Shown here: piece after piece, positions 59,125 through 64,000 of the stretch | Layout of the letters: the number at the start of each line of letters is the position of its first letter | Numbering within the stretch: position 1 is the first letter of the stretch | Assembly (NCBI GenBank): GCA_964487615.1 | Contig: CAZARM010000001.1 | Coordinates: 32,226 to 96,225 of the forward strand | Origin: an uncultured Candidatus Saccharibacteria bacterium | GTDB taxonomy: Bacteria > Patescibacteriota > Saccharimonadia > Saccharimonadales > CAZARM01 | Direction of reading: 5' to 3' | DNA length: 64,000 nucleotides | Notes under the pieces: generated by a model | Databases searched by the model: none | The model's input: only the letters and a program-made list of their open reading frames with translations | Told to the model about the DNA's origin: nothing | Program-made: the position numbers and the translations under genes

Positions 59125-60303
59125 ATGCAAGGAGTGCCGTTGGCCGAGCGTATGCGGCCGGAGACGTTACAGGATGTCCTTGGTCAGGAGCATTTAGTCG
59201 CTTCTGGGCGGATTATTCGTGAAATCATCGAGAAGAAGCAGCCCACTAGTTTGATTCTGTGGGGGCCACCGGGCAGTGGTAAGACTACTTTGGCTCGTAT
59301 TATCGCTCGGGGCACGGGGGCTGAGTTTATGGAGCTCAGTGCCGTAACGTCAGGCAAAGCCGATGTCGTAAAAGTCATTGAACAGGCTGAAGCTAACCTG
59401 CGCCTTGGTATGCGAACTATTTTGTTTGTGGACGAGATCCACCGCTTCAATAAAGCCCAGCAAGATGCCTTCCTGCCCCATGTGGAGGACGGCACCATTG
59501 TGCTGATCGGTGCCACCACTGAAAACCCCAGCTTTGAGGTTATCAACCCACTGCTGAGCCGCAGCCGGGTGTTGGTGCTTGAACCACTCGACAAAGACGA
59601 CATCGTGACGATATTACGCAAAACCGCCAGGCTTGAAAATTTGAGTGCCAAACGACTGCCGGCGAAGAGCATTGATCTATTAGCGGAATTGTCTGGCGGT
59701 GACGCGCGCGTGGCTCTGGGCAACCTGGAACTTGCTTTGCAGCTGACCACAGGCCCCCTCACATCAGAGATTGTAGAAACGGCTGCTCAAAAGCGCGTTC
59801 CCGGCTACGACAAAGGCGGAGAGACTCACTACAACATCATCAGCGCCTTTATCAAATCTATGCGCGGTTCTGATGCCAACGCCGCATTATATTACCTGGC
59901 CAGAATGTTGCAAGCTGGCGAGGATCCCAAGTTCATCGCCAGGCGAATGGTAATTTTTGCTAGTGAGGATGTCGGTATTGCGGCTTCGCCGGCTCTTAAC
60001 CTGGCTGTGGCCACCTTCCAGGCCGTGGAGCGCATTGGCATGCCAGAATGCCAATACAACTTATTCCACTGCACCCTGGTGCTAGCCAAATGCCAAAAGT
60101 CCCGGGTGGTATCCAACGCCATGGGCAAAGCCCAATCCGCCGCTCGCGAGCACCCCGACTTGCCGGTACCGCTGCACTTGCGCAACGCGCCAACCAAACT
60201 TATGAAGGATTTGGGCTACGGCAAGGGGACCAAATGGGAAGCCAATTTCAAACACCCCAAAGGCTTCCTACCGGACGACCTCCAAGACCTTAACCTATTC
60301 TAG
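59125..60303 (+). CDS. rarA: Replication-associated recombination protein A (RarA/MgsA)
   Basis: PLAERMRP, GPPGSGKTT, DEIHRFNKAQQDA, GATTENPSF, SAFIKSMRGSD, VP.HLRNAPT. Confidence 0.96.
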   Translation: MQGVPLAERMRPETLQDVLGQEHLVASGRIIREIIEKKQPTSLILWGPPGSGKTTLARIIARGTGAEFMELSAVTSGKADVVKVIEQAEANLRLGMRTILFVDEIHRFNKAQQDAFLPHVEDGTIVLIGATTENPSFEVINPLLSRSRVLVLEPLDKDDIVTILRKTARLENLSAKRLPAKSIDLLAELSGGDARVALGNLELALQLTTGPLTSEIVETAAQKRVPGYDKGGETHYNIISAFIKSMRGSDANAALYYLARMLQAGEDPKFIARRMVIFASEDVGIAASPALNLAVATFQAVERIGMPECQYNLFHCTLVLAKCQKSRVVSNAMGKAQSAAREHPDLPVPLHLRNAPTKLMKDLGYGKGTKWEANFKHPKGFLPDDLQDLNLF

Positions 60304-60356
60304 CCACATCCTTTTACACACCATACCTATCCTCTAAAGCCACAACATGCAAAGTG

Positions 60357-60447
60357 CGCAGGGTCCGTCCTTGTACAAGTCCTCGTGGAACCCCCGTCTG
60401 GTCGGAGCCGATGCAAAGATGCAAAGGGCCAGACCCTTTGCATCGGA
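60357..60447. repeat. REP-like palindromes between convergent genes
   Basis: GATGCAAAGGG-CCAGA-CCCTTTGCATC hairpin, duplicated GATGCAAAG, degenerate copy GCAGGGTCCGTCCTTGT. Confidence 0.5.
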
Positions 60448-60454
60448 TTTACGA

Positions 60455-61324
60455 TCATTTGGTGCGGTTGATTTGTTTTAGTTTGGCCAGCACCCAGGGT
60501 GAAGCCATGTAAGCCGCCAGAGCATATAGACCACCTGCTAGTTCATCGATTAGGTAGTGTTCACCCTGGTAGACGGTGCCAAAGTAAATGGCCGCTGGAT
60601 AGATCAGCACCAACCAGCGCGATTTGCGCTTAAATAGTTTGATTACAAATATGGCAACTAGCGTGGCATAGGCTGCGTGGAGGCTTGGCATAGCAGCTAC
60701 AGGATTGGGTGAAATCTTGTTATATAGTGACGGAAAATCATTGATCCCCAGCGCAAACCAAACATGAGAAGAAACACGAGTGATGGGCTCTATCACGCCT
60801 CGCTCACTAGCCATCCATGGGGGTGCGGCCGGAAAAGCCAAGAACGTCAAGAATCCGGCGAACGAAACCAGCAGAAACGCGGTAATGTAGCGCCAGTATT
60901 GCGACTCACGCTTTTTCCAGACTAGAATAGCCACGCAAAATGGCAGCACAAAATGCAGCATATAAAATAGATATAGGACAAAGTCGTACCAGCTAACGCC
61001 TCCATGCCATAGCCAACTTTGCAGTACATTTGTGGGAAGATGTCCTAGACCAAAGACTCTGTCGGCATGGATCATGAAAGTGTAGTTCACATGTGTATTC
61101 AAGTGCGGCACCAACCCTCTAAACGATTCATAAACTAGCAGCAACAGCACAAAGGGCGCTAAGCGCTTAAAAAACGCCCATCCCTGCCCCAGAGCCATAA
61201 AAATAAATGTCAGAAAAAACAATAGTTTGTCCGGTGTCGGAAAACTAGGCTTTTGGATAAAAATAACTGCGCAAGCTAGGGCTCCAACAAGGCCAATAAT
61301 TCTAAATGGTTGCTTCCAGGTCAT
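60455..61324 (-). CDS. PAP2-superfamily AUR1/IPC-synthase-like membrane protein
   Basis: Y..HF, P.APPW, AAMPSLH, VY.GEHY..D. Confidence 0.88.
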   Translation of the reverse strand: MTWKQPFRIIGLVGALACAVIFIQKPSFPTPDKLLFFLTFIFMALGQGWAFFKRLAPFVLLLLVYESFRGLVPHLNTHVNYTFMIHADRVFGLGHLPTNVLQSWLWHGGVSWYDFVLYLFYMLHFVLPFCVAILVWKKRESQYWRYITAFLLVSFAGFLTFLAFPAAPPWMASERGVIEPITRVSSHVWFALGINDFPSLYNKISPNPVAAMPSLHAAYATLVAIFVIKLFKRKSRWLVLIYPAAIYFGTVYQGEHYLIDELAGGLYALAAYMASPWVLAKLKQINRTK

Positions 61325-61338
61325 CCACTTAGTTTAGC

Positions 61339-61776
61339 TTATTTAGTCGGCGCCAGATCTTGAGACTTTTTAATCAGATTCCCTAATAAAAATCCCACCA
61401 TATTTATCTGTTCTTCGGCTTTGATGCAGTCCAGAATACTCATACCACCCAAATCTTCCTGCTTGGAATCAATTAGGGCGTAGAATGTCCATGCATCTAC
61501 AAATTCTGGGTCCCAGCAGGTCAGTACGACGCGTAGTCCGGGTGGCACATATAAACTTCCGTCATCCTTACCGACAAACTGGCTGTGAGGTATCAAAATC
61601 TTTCCATCGCTTGTAGGCAAACCATGTATTTCGCGGGTAGTCACCATATTTTTCACCTCACCTCCACTACTATTGCCGAGCAAGTAGGCAACCTCCCAAG
61701 GGGTGTACAAAGGAGCAAACGCCTTGATAAATGGCTCTGGTCCGAAGTCTGCTGTCTCTGGTCCTAAATCTGTCAT
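61339..61776 (-). CDS. Hypothetical protein, Rv2175c/Xre-MbcA-antitoxin-like
   Basis: HTH-like EVAYLLG...V..M, G....P..QF, C-terminal W......LGG.S..D. Confidence 0.55.
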   Translation of the reverse strand: MTDLGPETADFGPEPFIKAFAPLYTPWEVAYLLGNSSGGEVKNMVTTREIHGLPTSDGKILIPHSQFVGKDDGSLYVPPGLRVVLTCWDPEFVDAWTFYALIDSKQEDLGGMSILDCIKAEEQINMVGFLLGNLIKKSQDLAPTK

Positions 61777-61860
61777 AGCGTATATTATGTCACTTTTACA
61801 AGTGCATGTCGACTGTCATAGCCAAGCATCCGGCAATCAGGTATAATTCCACCCTGTTAT

Positions 61861-61935
61861 TGGGGAGTGGCCAAGTGGTAAGGCACCAGGTTCTGGTCCT
61901 GGCATTCGGGGGTTCGAGTCCCTCCTCCCCAGCCA
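61861..61935 (+). tRNA. tRNA-Gln(CUG)
   Basis: TGGGGAG acceptor, anticodon arm CCAGG-TTCTGGT-CCTGG, GGTTCGAGTCC, encoded CCA; TATAAT at 61842-61847. Confidence 0.96.
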
Positions 61936-61970
61936 ATAAAAATGTCCGCATTCTTGCGGGCTTTTTTATT
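61935..61970 (+). terminator. Intrinsic (bidirectional) terminator after tRNA-Gln
   Basis: AATAAAAA-TGTCCGCA-TTCT-TGCGGGC-TTTTTTATT. Confidence 0.75.
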
Positions 61971-61975
61971 GGCTT

Positions 61976-62110
61976 GTGCGGGAGGAGGGGCTCGAACGGG
62001 ATTGCATGTCTGCAATCCCCGCCCCTAGCCTCAGAACGACCAAAGGGAGTTGGGGTCGTCTTAACAAAACTTACTTTTGTTTTGTGACGAGGCGAGTCCC
62101 TCCCCATCCA
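61976..62110. repeat. tRNA-3'-end-derived inverted-repeat element
   Basis: GGGAGGAGGGGCTCGAAC is a near reverse complement of the tRNA-Gln T-arm/acceptor; far end CGAGTCCCTCCCC is a direct partial copy; internal hairpins. Confidence 0.55.
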
Positions 62111-62116
62111 ACCTGG

Positions 62117-63208
62117 CTAGAGATTAAGCTCGTGGAGCAGGCTAACACTGCTTTCAGGTACACAGGTCCCAGTATTACCAGGAGCTGTACCGGAGGCACA
62201 ACCCAAGTAAGGCTGCAAATGCAGAGCATCTTGAACCGTCTTTAGCAGACCGATGTTATTCGAAGCAGTATCTACTACCGCACCCACCTTTACTGATGGC
62301 GCTACGACCAAGCTTGGGATGATTGGCGTACCGGTACTTGTAGAGCCTTCGTCCCACATGATGAAGATAGCCGTATCACCGGCTTGGTAGTTGGGACCTT
62401 TTATTAACAACGGCAGATAGGTCCTCAGCCAGTTGTCACCCTGCGCGACCGTACCATCGTGCATGTCGTTGTTTTGATCAGGAGTAATGAATGTGAACGT
62501 AGCCAGCCTGCCTCCAGCAATATCATCAGCCAGTGTTCCGGTTGGTGTAGTACAATCGCCGCTCCCTGAAGTCGGACAAGTGATAGCTGGAGTTGGTACA
62601 TCGTACTGCTTACAGTCGCTAGAAATCGGCACGTAGAATGCTGCTGGGTTGTGCTTGAAATAGTAGGGCGGGCTATTGGTCAAGGCGCAGTTGGCTGGCA
62701 TCGATTCCTGATAGCTCTTCCACGACCCACCGCTTTCCTTGACGAGCTGGAAGATGCTCTTAGTTGTCAGCGAATTCGCCGGACCGTACACACCATCGTC
62801 TAATATGCAGGCCTCGCCATGGCCGCCGGCCGAGGTAATGCCCTTGTTACAATTACTGCCCGAAGTTGCTGCAGCATATTGTGGTTCAGAGTTTAATGTT
62901 GCGGTGGTCCCATTATCTTTGATGTTCGTCAGCGACGCACATTTTTGGGCCAAGCTATCAATGTATGCAGCTTTCCCTACCACATCGGCTTCGTCCTTGT
63001 TCTCTTCCCAGATCCAAACGATGTGCTTGTACTGCTTCGCTGTAGTTAACAGGCCGCAAGGGACATCGGCAGTTGCCGTAGGTAGCTCCTGTGAAGCAGT
63101 CTCTGTGGCTTGCGATCCAGATTTAGAGTTGTGTCGCACGTAGGCAAAGACTCCCCCTGCAATAACGATAAGTAGCACAATAATCCAGATGATTTTCTTT
63201 GATTTCAT
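62117..63208 (-). CDS. Secreted/anchored phosphoesterase (acid phosphatase / phospholipase C family)
   Basis: HIVWI.EEN, S.P.Y.A.TSG, WKSY.ESMP, KHNP, ITPD..NDMHDG, WDEG; GGAGG SD before MKSKK. Confidence 0.88.
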   Translation of the reverse strand: MKSKKIIWIIVLLIVIAGGVFAYVRHNSKSGSQATETASQELPTATADVPCGLLTTAKQYKHIVWIWEENKDEADVVGKAAYIDSLAQKCASLTNIKDNGTTATLNSEPQYAAATSGSNCNKGITSAGGHGEACILDDGVYGPANSLTTKSIFQLVKESGGSWKSYQESMPANCALTNSPPYYFKHNPAAFYVPISSDCKQYDVPTPAITCPTSGSGDCTTPTGTLADDIAGGRLATFTFITPDQNNDMHDGTVAQGDNWLRTYLPLLIKGPNYQAGDTAIFIMWDEGSTSTGTPIIPSLVVAPSVKVGAVVDTASNNIGLLKTVQDALHLQPYLGCASGTAPGNTGTCVPESSVSLLHELNL

Positions 63209-63318
63209 AAGTCTTCCTCCGTAGCCAACTATACTCTTAGTAATAAGCAACTTTCAAAGGCAGTATGCCATATGACGTTAGGGCAAGAGGTTTTTTGCAT
63301 TGCTGATATTATAATGTC

Positions 63319-63915
63319 ATGACTACTGTCTTTATCATTGCTGGCTTCGATCTCCACAATACAGCCGCCACTGACAAGTATATAGTTTTGGAAAATGGTC
63401 TCAAGAATAAAGGTTACGGGATTGTTGCAAGTGATATTTCTTGGAAAAAGAAGACAGCCACGCAGTACGCAAAAGAGTTCGTAGATTTTTATAATAAGCA
63501 TAGCTCTGAGAAGAACATTGTAATTGGCAATTCTTTCGGGGCAGTGGTTGCGTTCATCTCTGCTCCGGAAACCAAACCGGATAAACTCTATTTATGTTCA
63601 CTATCACCATTCTTTAAAGAGGATCGTGGCAAGCGCCTTGATAGCTATGGTATAGATATATTTGGCAAGCGTAGAATGGAAGATCTTTGGTCAATATCTG
63701 TAAGAGATATGGAAGCCAAAATTAACATTGCTAATGTAAAAACTACTGTCACATACGGCGAGAAAGAGCGTCAGACATCACCTACTCTAGTCGCACGATG
63801 CAAAGACACTGCTAAGCATATTAAACTTTCGCAACTCATTGAGATACCAAATGCACCTCATAGTATGGCCGATGAGAGGTATTCAGAGACATTGATCGAT
63901 CTCATTTCGCTCTAA
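63319..63915 (+). CDS. Alpha/beta hydrolase fold protein (AT-richer than neighbours)
   Basis: IAGF oxyanion-like loop, GNSFG nucleophile elbow, YGEKE, NAPH. Confidence 0.8.
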   Translation: MTTVFIIAGFDLHNTAATDKYIVLENGLKNKGYGIVASDISWKKKTATQYAKEFVDFYNKHSSEKNIVIGNSFGAVVAFISAPETKPDKLYLCSLSPFFKEDRGKRLDSYGIDIFGKRRMEDLWSISVRDMEAKINIANVKTTVTYGEKERQTSPTLVARCKDTAKHIKLSQLIEIPNAPHSMADERYSETLIDLISL

Positions 63916-64000
63916 ACAAGAACAGCTCTGACCCTATACATCATACCCAGACATGAGACAGGCATTGAATCCTTGCTCTCCAAGCAACAGCCATCAAGCG

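Noticed and set aside
61861-64000. Prophage or genomic island integrated at tRNA-Gln
   Set aside because: No integrase or phage genes in the window; only short tRNA-derived repeats and two enzyme genes.

Overview
Bacterial chromosomal segment, about 48% GC by eye, using the standard genetic code (TGA is used as a stop). Gene content and style fit Candidatus Saccharibacteria (TM7/CPR), which is an inference from gene set and promoter style. It holds ~60 mostly housekeeping CDS: pepN, rnhB, rplS, malic enzyme, a PilB/GspE ATPase, dnaE, gatCAB, uvrB, a glycolysis/pentose-phosphate cluster, an FNR-like/cupredoxin/cytochrome b5/trxB redox cluster, RND and ABC transporters, pheST, yajQ, NDH-2, rmuC, typA and rarA, plus tRNA-Gln(CUG). 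Many genes appear leaderless (-10 box a few nt before ATG). The most striking observation is one RNA-cassette architecture found twice (39.9-40.75 kb on the minus strand, 46.7-47.47 kb on the plus strand). Each copy has a near-consensus sigma70 promoter, a conserved bulged hairpin, a boxA-like CTTTGACAGA, an 11-13 bp long-range stem enclosing ~650-710 nt of GC-rich cargo, and a trailing hairpin. One cargo is a multi-hairpin non-coding RNA with an aberrant tRNA-like domain. The other is a Shine-Dalgarno-led gene with high-GC3 codon usage. Several other structured intergenic elements (RPE/REP-like, tRNA-derived, a 34-bp perfect palindrome in nested stems) are also present.
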